From Pecten maximus (taxonomy: Eukaryota), in assembly GCF_902652985.1 (NCBI RefSeq), contig NC_047015.1, positions 38,440,001 to 38,504,000 on the forward strand: DNA of 64,000 nt. The letters are read 5' to 3'. The notes beneath the pieces are model-generated. The model had not been told where the DNA came from. It ran no database searches and was given only the letters and a program-made list of their open reading frames with translations. Below are positions 36,701 through 49,391 of the stretch, piece after piece. The position numbers were made by a program, and so were the translations under genes. Each line of letters opens with the position of its first letter. The first letter of the stretch is position 1.

Positions 36701-39067
36701 TGTGTCATAGCCCAAATCAGTCAGACAAGTTTGAAAAAGAAAAATGTTGCTAGATTTCAAGATAATCAAAATAATTTCCACACAACAAATAATTTAATTG
36801 CTGTATATGATTTCTACCTACCTAGTAATACACATTTTTCTGTCAAACAAATTGTTTTCTTTAGTGTCTGGTGAAATGATACCAGATTATTTTGATTGTA
36901 TGGACTTTTTGGATATGTTTCAGGAATATCTTTCTACAGTTTTGAGACATTAAAGGAATTATGTTTGAAGCATTTTCCTCACCACTTAGCTCGCTCTAAC
37001 ACCAACAATCCAGACACCCTTGTGCTTATCACCTCAGCCAAAATATTATGTGGTGGGTTTGCTGGAGCAATGGGACAAACGTTGGCGTAAGTACAACGCA
37101 CAATTTAAAAAAGAAAGTTTAATTGAATGAAATAAAGTTGTGATAAAATTTCGTGTCATAAACAAATCTTTCTAGCAGATGTCACAAATTGTTAAAATAC
37201 TTACCTCATAAATAAAAAAAAATAAAAAAATATTAGAGAAGATTTAATTCTACTTACAGTGAACCTGTCAAATCTGAACCTCTGAAATCTTGTGTGATCC
37301 AACATAATGAAATAACCTATCATGACATACTTGTTATAAGCAGTTTTTTTCTGAATTTTTTGACAGAGAAGGAATAAAAATATCTACATTCATCATTTGT
37401 GTTTCTATGTCATAAAGACAATGTATTGAATTTAAGAATGTTGGGATTCACATTCTACTTGAAATCCCAACTCCACTGTAACACATAAAACTGTTGTATA
37501 TCTACATAACCTTTAAAAGGTGGTTTATAAATGTTTAATTCAATACTTCACACATTTGATTTGTATAGGTACCCTCTTGATGTGGTTAGGAGGAGAGTCC
37601 AATTGTCAAAAATGCTCCCAGAGTCCCACAAATACAGGAGGTAAACTATTTGTTAAATAAAAAAAATATCAACAAAAAACAAAACAAAAAAGTAGATTCA
37701 TTGGAACCATGAAGGGGTTGTATTTCGTTGTTTATATTTGATTAGGAAGAAATGCATTTTCATAACAAGTTTAAAGATCTTAATCTTTTCATGTTTCTTT
37801 GTTTGGTAGTTTTAGTGTCATTTTCAGAATTATTTCCCTTTGTATGTAAACAGAATGGTAATAACAGATTGGTATTATATATTGTACAGTACTTTAGGAA
37901 ATTCAACAGATTGGTAATTGTTGTACAGTACTTTTGGTAATTGTTGTACAGTACTTTAGGTAATTCAATAGATTGGTAATTATTGTACAGTACTTTAGGT
38001 AATTGTTGTACAGTACTTTAGGTAATTCAATAGATTGGTAATTATTGTACACTACTTTAGGTAATTCAACAGATTGGTAATTATTGTACAGTACTTTAGG
38101 AAATTCAATAGATTGGTAATTATTGTACAGTACTTTAGGTAATTATTGTACAGTACTTTAGGTAATTGTTGTACAGTACTTTTGGTAATTCAACACATTG
38201 GTTATTATTGTACAACAGTACTTTTTTTTTGTCTTTGTGCAAAGGTTACAGTAATTCCTACTTTTAGTAGGTCTATTACAAGAATGAGTGTGGGGGGATG
38301 TTTTGAATCACTCCAGCACTGGTGTTGCCATGTTGACATTGTGTAATTATATTTCTTCCACAATAGGTCGGTGTTATTCAACTACCAAGGCATGAAATAA
38401 TCATAACTTGAATAACATTCATTTTATACAACAGGTGGACTCATTTCTAAATGCGTTTTGATTGGTTGACACACTGACCTTTGACATGGCCTATTTTTTA
38501 AGCCACATGGTTCAATGCGTTTGGATTGACTTGAAGGCAGCCTCATGGGGCCCCGTAAATAATAAGGAACAAGAAGTAGTTTGCAGTTGTTTTGTCATAT
38601 TTTAAAAATATGTATAGATTTCTATCAACTAACCTGGTATTACTTCAGAAATATTAAACTTGCTTATTATTTGTTATGATTCACAATGAATTGTAATATT
38701 TCCATACATTTCTGAAATTGTCAGTTTTTGCAAATTAATTAGTGACATTTCACTTTAGGTCATATCATTACTGTTACACCCCCCGCTGACATCCTCAGAA
38801 TTATAGCTTTTCTATTCATATTCACAGAATCACAGTCTTAGTGTCGTTGAAAGCTTGGTATTAGAGTAATATAAAGAATGAGTTTGTATTTGTGTTGACA
38901 GGAGGTGGTACCAGATACTCTTTATGGTGTACAAAGAAGATGGTGTATTTCGTGGACTGTACAGAGGAATGAGCATAAACTATATGAGAGGTGTGCCCAT
39001 GTATGCTGTGTCATTCTCAATGAACGAGACATTGAAGGAGTTGTTGGGCCTGGACACAAGTTCCTGA
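33648..39067 (+). CDS. SLC25A16: Mitochondrial carrier SLC25A16 (Graves disease carrier, putative CoA transporter; ~314 aa); join(33648..33708,34285..34377,34880..35013,35691..35757,36303..36491,36924..37086,37569..37640,38902..39067)
   Basis: Three Solcar repeats with PLDRIK, PLDVVRAR and PLDVVRRR signatures. AGCCAKTVVAPLDRIKILLQAHNHHYKHLG is characteristic of SLC25A16. Eight in-frame GT-AG exons, 945 nt. Confidence 0.93.
34285..34377 (+). CDS. SLC25A16: SLC25A16 exon 2
   Basis: AAGCCAKTVVAPLDRIKILLQAHNHHYKHL; ag/gt flanks. Confidence 0.93.
   Translation: MLLVAVLKLWLLLLTELKFCCKLITTITNI
34880..35013 (+). CDS. SLC25A16: SLC25A16 exon 3
   Basis: KEGFFSLYKGNGVHMLRVFPYAAIQFTSFDLFKK|gtaata. Confidence 0.93.
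35691..35757 (+). CDS. SLC25A16: SLC25A16 exon 4
   Basis: caacag|GLRHLHGDGHVHLIRLTSGSLA G|gtatgg. Confidence 0.88.
36303..36491 (+). CDS. SLC25A16: SLC25A16 exon 5
   Basis: LTAVLFTYPLDVVRARLAFQV...GMVPYA G|gtatgt. Confidence 0.93.
36924..37086 (+). CDS. SLC25A16: SLC25A16 exon 6
   Basis: ISFYSFETLK...AKILCGGFAGAMGQTL|gtaagt. Confidence 0.92.
37569..37640 (+). CDS. SLC25A16: SLC25A16 exon 7
   Basis: YPLDVVRRRVQLSKMLPESHKYR|gtaaac. Confidence 0.9.
37855..38222. repeat. Compound minisatellite (ggtaattattgtacagtacttta with or without ggtaattcaatagatt) in SLC25A16 intron 7
   Basis: Alternating 23-bp and 16-bp modules. Confidence 0.9.
38902..39067 (+). CDS. SLC25A16: SLC25A16 exon 8 (last coding exon)
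   Basis: WYQILFMVYKEDGVFRGLYRGMSINYMRGVP...GLDTSS-TGA; tandem CAG/GAG acceptor. Confidence 0.92.
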
Positions 39068-39481
39068 CGAGAACAGTATTATATATTTGTATGTGCTGTT
39101 AAGGATGTCGACCTGTTCTAGTCATATATCTTAGACTAAGACAAATGTGAAATTTTTATCTTCTGAAATTTTTAGCAAAATTTTTTAGTACAAATTTTTG
39201 ATTGACTTTAAAAGTGTATATTGTGGTCCACATAGCTGTTGACAATCTTTGCAAAGGTGTGAATTGTGCATTGTGTAGTGTACCAAACTGCAGTTTTGCC
39301 ATTATTTTTTGATAATATATATTTTATGATGTATTATATAATACATTTTCTCCGAGACAGCATTCAGGCAAAAACTTATTCTGACAGCAGCTACAAGCAG
39401 ACATATTTACTCTTTTGTATATGAACTGGTCAGAACATTCCTTAAACAGAACCTAGTTTCTCCACCATTCCTTAATTTAAG

Positions 39482-39660
39482 TTTTTCCATAAGAAAGAAC
39501 ATTTCTGAGTTAAGAATATTTCTTGTCTTTCATTAGAAAGAAAATTTCTGAAGTTAAGATTATTTCTTGTCTTTCATTAGAAAGAAAATTTCTGAAGTTA
39601 AGATTATTTCTTTATCTTCCGTAAGAAGGAAAATTTCTGAAGTTTGAAATATTTCTTTAT
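39482..39660. repeat. ~45-bp degenerate tandem repeat, ~4 copies
   Basis: ttcattagaaagaaaatttctgaagttaagattatttcttgtct repeated. Confidence 0.75.
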
Positions 39661-41002
39661 CGGCAGCAATGCTTTTTCCATTAGAACAACTTAAAATAAG
39701 GAACATTCCTGAGAATAGGGCCTGGATGTATCATTTATTGAGTTGAGTTATCACTGTGCTTACATAAAAATTCTAGAATCTGTCACATGACCAATATGAC
39801 ACAAATAGTGTGTCGTGTTTCATTGAAGTATGTCCAATTGCTACTGAAACTTGAAAATATTGGGTCAGAGATTTGATTAGAAATCAGTCAAGCAAATTTA
39901 AAGTCAGGAATCATAAATCCATTGTCTTCAGTCACAATAGTTATCCAGGTTAGAAACATAATGAGTGTGACTGAAGACTTTGGATTTATGATTCCTGACA
40001 TATATATTACAATATGGCTTCATGTATATATAGAGAGAGAGGGATTTGACCAGTTCTTGTTTAATAATTTTGTTTGGAAAGTGTTCTTTATTTTCCTGTA
40101 TACTTGATTTAACAAAGGTAACCTCACTTTGGATTTAGTCATATATACTTAAAATCATTCTACCTTCGTAGTACCACTATAACCATGACAACTGCTAGAA
40201 ACATATATCCGGAAATATGATGTTGTGTATCGGAACTATACAAATGTTCTTATACAAAAGATACGAGTGATGATTGGATTGTATAGAATTGAGAAAGGCA
40301 GTTTTGGTAAAGACTGCCTAATTGATACTGTTACTTATCCAAGAGATTCATTAGATGTAATACACAGTATTTCATATGGCCAGTGATGGAACTAAGCATG
40401 GACAAGTAAATGGGAAGACTAAAGTGAAATTCAGGATGATTTTTCCCTTGTAATATGGTCCATATTATCAATTGATTTACATGGTGATGTGGGTGCTATT
40501 ATAGTATTCAGTACCAATAGTTAACAATTCAATTTTTATTGAAAGCTTCTTTTTCTCTTTAATTTGTCTAAATTACTAACCATGTTTCTACATTTCCCGC
40601 CAGAGCTTCATAAAGATTATTTCTTTTCATATTCTATACCTTCAGTAGGTACTAAGATGTTGGTTTGGAGAGTATGTACTTTATTTACTTTGCATATTCC
40701 CTATATAGAGCAGATATGGCATGTTATTTTAAAGCCATACTAACCTGGAAAAGTGTAGTTCCTTTAAAATGGCTGCTTCTTTATTTTTGTTTTATTTTTT
40801 ATTCTTCTCTTATATATCTAGAAAATTTTAAATGTGTACTATTAACTATGACAAAGAAAAATGTTACATGAACACAATGACCAATTAATATGTATAGGTA
40901 TTTCAGATTCAAAAATTGATTTTAATACCAAATTCATTGTGACGAGTGTAATGTGAACATTTTAGTTGTAACCTTATTTTAGCAATTTGTGTACTAAATT
41001 TG

Positions 41003-42861
41003 TTTGGTTATGTAGGCCTAACATTGGTTATCTAGGCCCAATTTTGGTTATCTAGGGACAACTTTGGTTATCTAGGCCCAACTTTGGTTATCTAGGGACA
41101 ACATTGGTTATCTAGGCCCAACTTTGGTTATCTAGGCCCAACTTTGGTTATCTAGGCCCAACTTTGGTTATCTAGGGCCCAACTTTGGTTATCTAGGCCC
41201 AACTTTGGTTATCTAGGCCCCACTTTGGTTATCTAGGCCCCACTTTGGTTATCTAGGCTCAACTTTGGTTATGTAGGCCCCACTTTGGTTATCTAGGGAC
41301 AACTTTGGTTATCTAGGCCCAATTTTGGTTATCTAGGGACAACTTTGGTTATGTAGGCCCAACATTGGTTATCTAGGCCCAACTTTGGTTATCTAGGCCA
41401 AACTTTGGTTATCTAGGGACAACTTTGGTTATCTAGGCCCAACTTGGTTATCTAGGGACAACTTTGGTTATCTAGGGACAACTTTGGTTATCTAGGGACA
41501 ACATTGGTTATCTAGGCCCAATTTTGGTTATCTAGGCCCAACTTTGGTTATCTAGGCCCAACTTTGGTTATGTAGGCCCCACTTTGGTTATCTAGGGACA
41601 ACTTTGGTTATCTAGGCCCAATTTTGGTTATCTAGGGACAACTTTGGTTATCTAGGGACAACTTTGGTTATGTAGGCCCAACATTGGTTATCTAGGCCCA
41701 ACTTTGGTTATCTAGGCCAAACTTTGGTTATCTAGGGACAACTTTGGTTATCTAGGCCCAACTTTGGTTATCTAGGGACAACTTTGGTTATCTAGGCCCA
41801 ATTTTGGTTATCTAGGGACAACTTTGGTTATCTAGGGACAACTTTGGTTATCTAGGGACAACATTGGTTATCTAGGCCCAATTTTGGTTATCTAGGGACA
41901 ACTTTGGTTATCTAGGGACAACTTTGGTTATGTAGGCCCCACTTTGGTTATCTAGGCCCCACTTTGGTTATCTAGGGACAACTTTGGTTATCTAGGCCCA
42001 ACTTTGGTTATCTAGGGACAACATTGGTTATCTAGGCCCAACTTTGGTTATCTAGGCCCAACTTTGGTTATCTAGGCCCAACTTTGGTTATGTAGGCCCA
42101 ACATTGGTTATCTAGGCCCAACTTTGGTTATCTAGGCCCAACTTTGGTTATCTAGGCCCAACTTTGGTTATCTAGGCCCAACTTTGGTTATCTAGGCCCA
42201 ACTTTGGTTATCTAGGCCCAACTTTGGTTATCTAGGCCCAACTTTGGTTATGTAGGCCCAACTTTGGTTATCTAGGGACAACTTTGGTTATCTAGGCCCA
42301 ACTTTGGTTATGTAGGCCCCACTTTGGTTATCTAGGGACAACTTTGGTTATCTAGGCCCAATTTTGGTTATCTAGGGACAACTTTGGTTATCTAGGGACA
42401 ACTTTGGTTATGTAGGCCCAACATTGGTTATCTAGGCCCAACTTTGGTTATCTAGGCCCAACTTTGGTTATCTAGGCCCAATTTCGGTTATCTAGGGACA
42501 ACTTTGGTTATCTAGGCCCAATTTTGGTTATCTAGGCCCAACTTTGGTTATCTAGGCCCAACTTTGGTTATCTAGGCCCAACTTTGGTTATCTAGGGACA
42601 ACTTTGGTTATCTAGGCCCAACTTTGGTTATCTAGGGACAACTTTGGTTATCTAGGGACAACATTGGTTATCTAGGCCCAACTTTGGTTATCTAGGCCCA
42701 ACTTTGGTTATCTAGGCCCCACTTTGGTTATCTAGGCCCAACTTTGGTTATCTAGGGACAACTTTGGTTATCTAGGCCCAACTTTGGTTATCTAGGAACA
42801 ACTTTGTAACAACTTTGTATTATCTAGGAACAACTTTGGTTATCTGGGCCCAACTTTGGTT
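41003..42861. repeat. 20-bp satellite array (actttggttatctaggccca), ~93 copies
   Basis: Highly homogeneous tandem array with a few recurrent variants. Confidence 0.98.
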
Positions 42862-42974
42862 GAAAGGTTAACACATAACCAGTGGTTGATGAAATCTGTA
42901 AGTGTTTATTTAAGAAAATGGAGAGCTTTTGTTGAAACCTATAGGACTGCTGTATTTTAAGAATTGTTTTAATG

Positions 42975-43175
42975 GTTGGGTGGCAGAGTGGTAACACACT
43001 TACTTTTCACCTTGACCGGAATTTGATTCCCTGACTTTAAAAGGGGATCGGATCACCTTTCAGACCAGACCCCCAGGTTCTTCGATCTGTTTCCTCCCAC
43101 AATAAGAACCCCTGCTCATTTCCATCCGGGCCAATAAGCACGATTAATACATGTTGATAGAATTGTTTTGTTGTA
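42975..43175 (+). mobile_element. Degenerate tRNA-derived SINE
   Basis: A-box-like tggcagagtggt, B-box-like tttgattccc, central tttcctcccac; related head at 52984-53080. Confidence 0.5.
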
Positions 43176-43611
43176 AAATGAATTAAGTTTTGTTAACATT
43201 ATTGAAGTGATTATGAATGTACAGGTAATTTTTAATAAGTTTTCTATAATACTAATTTTTAATAAGTTTTCTATAATACTAATATATTGTTATTTATATA
43301 TGGAATGTAAAAACATTCCTGTCCTAATATATTTAATAGTTTATCAATTATTTTGATTGGTGTGTGTTATTTTAGGTGCGTTATTGTGAATGCAGTGTTT
43401 GTTTTATTATTCTATATATACTTGTGTATCACAGAGTGAGTTTGTATGTTAAGCCTGGCAATGATTAGTGATTGAATCAATTCACAGGGCCAGTAACAGT
43501 AAAGTTATATACCGGTACGCCTATTAGTATTGTCTCCATGGTAACTTACATTAAAAAATGATTGGGTAAACATCCAGCTCTAATAAATGAATTTTGAGAT
43601 ATTCTTGACCC

Positions 43612-44200
43612 TTTTATGAACCCGTCAAAAATGAAGGGAGCATTATGGTATGGCATTGTCTATCTGTCTGGCTTAAATCTATCTTTGTCAAGCAATATCC
43701 TCCTATAGTTTTCAACCAATATCTTTGAAACTTAGAATGCATTAGAGTCATGATATAAAGTTATATTTCCCCAAAGAAATTCTGATTCAACTATGTTTCC
43801 AAGTATTATTGCAGTCGATTTCTGATGTTGAAGACTTGAGTACTTGTTTTCCTAAAGCTTAGAATTAGATATTGACTTAATTAGTAGGAAAGTGAAACGT
43901 GAAATTCATAGCATGCCAGATAGCCACTCTTAAGGTGATGCAAATTATATTTGAATACAAGATAGTATATAACAATATGTGGCATTTGACGGGGGTATAT
44001 TGTTCACCGCATTAACAATATGTGGCATTCGACAGGCGTATATTGTTCACCGCATTAACAATATGTGGCATTCGACGGGGGTATATTGTTCACCGCATTA
44101 ACAATATGTGGCATTCGACAGGCGTATATTGTTCACCGCATTAACAATATGTGGCATTCGACGGGCGTATATTGTTCCCCTCCCGCAGTGCTCTTATTGA
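43612..44200 (+). mobile_element. HINE-like element whose 3' terminus is tandemly amplified (43-bp unit, ~5 copies, 43972-44177)
   Basis: 5' cccgtcaaa is complementary to tttgacggg in the repeat unit; tctg/tcta microsatellite remnant after the 5' IR. Confidence 0.65.
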
Positions 44201-44370
44201 TAAATTGGTTGAAATCCCTACTATATTTAAAATTTTGTCAATTTCTGTTATCATCCAACTGAAATCATACTTAGACTATGGTTATGAGACAGATTTATTC
44301 AGATTTGGTCTCGGGTAAGTTAAATAAGATATAGATAGTGAAAACAAAAAACAGTATCAGGTATCAGATA

Positions 44371-44586
44371 GACCTGATCGATGAGTGGTTAAGGTGTCCC
44401 GACACTTTATCGCAGCCCTCCACCTCTCGGTTGCAAGTTTGAAACCCATGACGGGCAGTTACCTGGTACTGACCATAGGTCCATGGTCCAGGTAATCCTG
44501 CTTTCCTCCACCTCCAAAACCTGGCACATCCTTAAATGACCCTGGCTGTTAGTAGGACGTTAAACAAAATAAACCAAACCAAACCT
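44371..44586 (+). mobile_element. tRNA-derived SINE
   Basis: A-box-like gagtggttaagg, B-box-like agtttgaaaccc, central ctttcctccacc, tail ggacgttaaacaaaat(aaacc)n. Confidence 0.7.
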
Positions 44587-47297
44587 ATCAAGTCGTTAAA
44601 TTGTTAATACCTGTACAATTTCAGTTCACTGGTTTACTGATTATTACCTTAATTAACAATAAAGAGACAACCAATTTCTCCTATCCTTCTTCATCTAAAA
44701 CAAACCTGTATAATCTCTTTTTCACTTTTTCATTTATCTGACCCAATCATTTTGATTGATTGTAACAGAAAAAGAAAATGAGGGGCACAGATTAGCAGCT
44801 TGGTTTCCAGATGGAAACAAATTGTCCATTACTACAGAAGCCATGCCTGGCTGCAACTACAGTTATCTTTTATATATAATGTTTTGCAGTGTTTCACATT
44901 AAGGGTTAGGTGTTTACCTGGGTACATGTATATATTTGAATGTTATGAAATTTTGTACACAAAAAATGAGGCACGTAGAGTAACTGCATGGTATCATGCT
45001 TTTTATTTGAGAGAATAGTTAAACAACACTTCCTGCCTATTAAGTTGGCACACTTTCATGTGTATGTTCCTGTGTCACGAAAAAATAAGATTTTTTTTTC
45101 TGTCCAAAATGGTTTGTTTGGTTAATTATGTAGACTATGTATATTTATGATTTGATATGACTCATGTGAAAGGTACACAGGGTTTCACTAACTGATAACA
45201 CTCAGTCATGTCTTGTTAATGATTTCAAATTAAACTCTTAACACCATAGTAATAAGTAATTTATTGAAATCAGGGTAAAAGATTTTTAAAAGTTGCTATA
45301 GCTGTCACTTTTTTGATTAACCATCAAATTTCTTTGAAAAAAATAGGATTGTTTGGATTGTAAAACTATAGTTGGACAGTTGTCTACAAAAAGGGGAGTG
45401 GCAGATAACATTCTACAAAAAGGGAAGTGGCAGATAACATTCATACATGTCCATAAAAATATGTCATAATAATATCCAAGTGTTTTCTTAATTCCTAGTT
45501 GTGTTTATTGACAAAGTCTTATTGTCAACTTTCCTAATTTGCTTCTAAAGTTTGTGCAGGTGTAAGACAGCAAATAGGGTTTTAGACATAAAACTATACA
45601 GCTGACATGATGTGTATACCAGTTTCATATGGCGTAACATGGAAATTATGGATGGATTCCCAATGATTTAATTACTTTGTCATGATTGTCTTTTTATTAG
45701 ATGTATTATGACTTAAAAATAGATTAACTGTGTAAGAAGTATATACATAGCACTGTATTATTATGAAATGCTTAAATTTTTCCTGACATTTGGTTGTAAG
45801 TTGGCCATGAAAATTATGCATGTCTACCATAGTGAAATAAAATTCACCTGCACAGCAAATACATAGGTAAAGTAAGGTATTTTACATGCAGAAAGCAAAT
45901 TAGGTAATAACCTGTCTGTATAGAAATAAAAACACGGTGACAAGTGACAGTGGTATGATACAAATGATAGTTTTATGTTAATTTTAAACTCACGTTTTGT
46001 TGAGCTTATGTTGAGAACAATATTTCATTATTCTTAAATTTTCTTTTTCTTTTTTTTTATCTTATTGCATTTAAAAATGGAATACAATCATAATTTTCCA
46101 AACTTCTGTTGCTACAGACTTGATGCTTTTATAAAACAAATTGGCTGTAATGTACTTATTTTCAGTTTACTGGTAAAGGTTTTATGTAAGCTTATATACA
46201 AATAATTGAAATATTGAGCAAGTTACTGACCATGAATTGACCTGATTGAAATACCTCCTTATATGCCATATTTGTGTGATATTATTCACGACTGCCAATA
46301 ATAATGCATTTCAAGGTCAAAATAAAATTAGTGTTTATACATATTATAAAGTCAAATCCAATGCTCCTTTTTTGTGCTTTAAACACTCGCGAGTAATATA
46401 TGTGATACAAATGAGCTAATTATGTCCCTCTGAAACATGCATTTTTCGTAGGTTTTGTTAATACTTACAAACAGCTTAACAAATTACATATCAACAGCAA
46501 GTCCCACGGTTTGACATAATACATACTAAACGTTCATCATGTTACTTCTGTTAATTACACCATAGGAGGAATTTATAGCCTTGTAGAATATCACTGCTTT
46601 GACTGGATTTGCTGTTTAGATGCCCCTTAAGAAGTAAATGAATTACCTGTGATGTAATATGCATCATCTGCAGGCATATTAATGTAATTGGTATTTGATA
46701 TTTTGTCCCAATTTAATCTCCTTGAGTAAGTCTCTTGATAGTTTCTGTACAGACTGCTACAGTTTAGGTCCAATTGTTGTTAAACTTGTAGATACTAGAG
46801 TAGTTTAATTGATGCAGGATGAAGTGTAAGTTTTTTTTTCTGTCTAAATTTTAGACTGCACTAAAATTATAGCACAGTGTCTTTCTCTTTTGTATACTTC
46901 AAGAAATGAATGTTGAATTAGCAGTTTAGTGTAGTTCCCCTTGACAGTATTTGAAGAAGAAAAAAACTAGTTTGCACTGTTGTCTCTCTTACAATTTAAG
47001 TATTAACACTGTTTGTCAGTGTAAATGACTTACTTACTTTTACAAGTTGGATTCAAAATTATATATCTGAACCTTTTCTCATTGCCTTAGTAATACTTGT
47101 TCATTTGTCTAAAAAGATTTTCTGTACATTATCAGACACAAAAACCTTTCAAATCCAACAACATTTATTGGCAAATTCACGTCATTTATTTATTTGTTTT
47201 TACTTAGATATGTTTATTTTTTCTACAAGAGTTTTATTTCTTTACAGTCATCTACAGGAAGTAAAGATAATCATGTACCAGAAATAGAACTCAGGGT

Positions 47298-47468
47298 AAT
47301 TGTGGTGTATTGGGTTATGTACCAGTGTAGTTAGTATAGCTACTCAGTATACTGAAATTGTGGTGTATTGGGTTATGTACCAGTGAAGTTAGTATAGCTA
47401 CTCAGTATACTGAAATTGTGGGGTATTGGGTTATGTACCAGTGTAGTTAGGTCCTCAGTTTACTGAAA
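47298..47468. repeat. 58-bp tandem repeat, ~3 copies
   Basis: Unit aattgtggtgtattgggttatgtaccagtgtagttagtatagctactcagtatactga. Confidence 0.9.
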
Positions 47469-49198
47469 TGTCATACTCTGATCTTTTATTATAGCACAAT
47501 GGCTGTAGAGTTAACATGATATGCATAATAAAAAGAAAGGACTTATTTTACTATTTCTTGGAATTTCCATTGTGAAGATTTCAATTACCCGGGGTATTTA
47601 GTATGATATATAAGGTATATATATATATTACATTCAACTTTTCAAGCTGAAAGATGTGTATAATAGACTTCCTCCAGACAAAAATTTATACCTTTTAACT
47701 TGTCTTTTTCAGCTTTAAGTTTATTTTAAAAACTTTTTCTCTTGGGCAAATTTTATTTTTAATATTATGAAGAAAACTTTAGTTTATAATTTTATAATTG
47801 ATAATTATTTTGTTTTTAATTCAGGGTAAAAATTGTGAGTCCTGCTCCAAAACAAGGACATTGACACTCAGACACAAAAAAAACATTATGGACATCAATG
47901 ATTTTTGAAATACATGTTGATATGACTGAAAGTTTACTGATATGTTTTCTGAAAGAAATAAACAAAAGATGTGTTTAATATAAAAAAAAATGTCTTCAGA
48001 ACTGAAAACATCATTTCAGTATAAAATGAAATTACTTACCATTGTAGTGTTCCTGGGTATAATTTATATTCATGTTGATGTTCACACAAGGAATCATGAA
48101 AAGTGCCACGTCAATAAGTTCAAAAACTATCTATACATCATATTTGTTATATTACAATTTTTTTTAGTTGTTTTAAGTTTTTTAAATGTCCCTACCCACA
48201 CAGGTTGAGGTTCAGCCCTTGAAGAGTGTCCCTGATGACAAATTTGCTTTAATTAATATGCTTTTAACAATCAAGCCCAAGTTAACGACATGGGCCCAAT
48301 TGACCCCTTAAGCTTGTTTCTCTGCTTATAATTGTTTGAAGGCTGTGAGTAATTAAGAAGAACCGGTTATTGTTTTTATACATCACTGTATTTAATTGTG
48401 TAGGAGAACTATGTATGTTTTATAAATTTCTGTGTAAGATATGAAGATGTTTTACTTGTTTAAGTTATTAAATTGTCAGTTATTTGATAATTCACATGAA
48501 AAGAAAACTTGAATTACTGCCACATTTAATGAAATAGATTAAAACTAGATTTTGATTTTTACCCAGTACTACATGCTTGATACTGTATTAAATTAGGGTC
48601 TGATTTTAATTACACTGATCATAAATCTTCAAGATCATTGAAATTTTTTATAAATGAATTTGTCAAACAATGTCATGTCTTCTGTTTTCATGTAAATTGG
48701 AGATAAGTATGTGTATGTATGTGTTGTCCCACTTCAATCACTATTACAAATATATGGAAGTTTACCTGTTACATTCAAGAGTCTGTTTTGCTGAAAAACT
48801 TAATCGAATGCCAGTAGTTATTTAAAACATGTGGCAATATACATGTATGATTAACTGGTAGTATTGTTTTCAGATGTGTATGCCGGGACATCCTTTTATC
48901 TTTAATCATTAAAAATTCACATACAGACATGTATTCAAGAAGTATCAGAAATATCACTATGTTATCTGATAATTTCAAAGTCGGGTCACAACAACAAAAC
49001 CTACTCTCAGTATTGGTGTGTCAGAACTCCACTTCAGGCCCATAGGACTCTTGTTTACAAATGTTTTCTATTCTCGAAAATAGTAAAAAGTTAAACTCCT
49101 CTTTTGATACATTTCTAATATCCTGTGATTGACTGCCAGTGGACTGTGTAACTTTATACTGCTAATGTAAAGTTGTCATTTGTATGTCTAACTTTATC

Positions 49199-49391
49199 CC
49201 ATGGCTTGATGGTAACAATGGCTTGATGGTAACCATGGCGCTTGATGGTAACCATGGCTTGATGGTTACCATGGCTTGATGGTAACCATGACTTGATGGT
49301 TACCATGACTTGATGGTTACCATGACTTGATGGTTACCATGGCTTGATGGTTACCATGACTTGATGGTTACCATGGCTTGATGGTAACCAT
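49199..49391. repeat. 17-bp minisatellite (ccatggcttgatggt[a/t]a), ~11 copies
   Basis: Direct periodicity. Confidence 0.92.

Noticed and set aside
41003-42861. Regular short repeats as a CRISPR array (also 55480-57501 and 18943-19291)
   Set aside because: Units are head-to-tail with no unique spacers, there are no cas genes, and the DNA is eukaryotic.
44371-44460. tRNA gene
   Set aside because: A/B-box-like head, but no intact cloverleaf, and it is followed by a SINE body and (AAACC)n tail.
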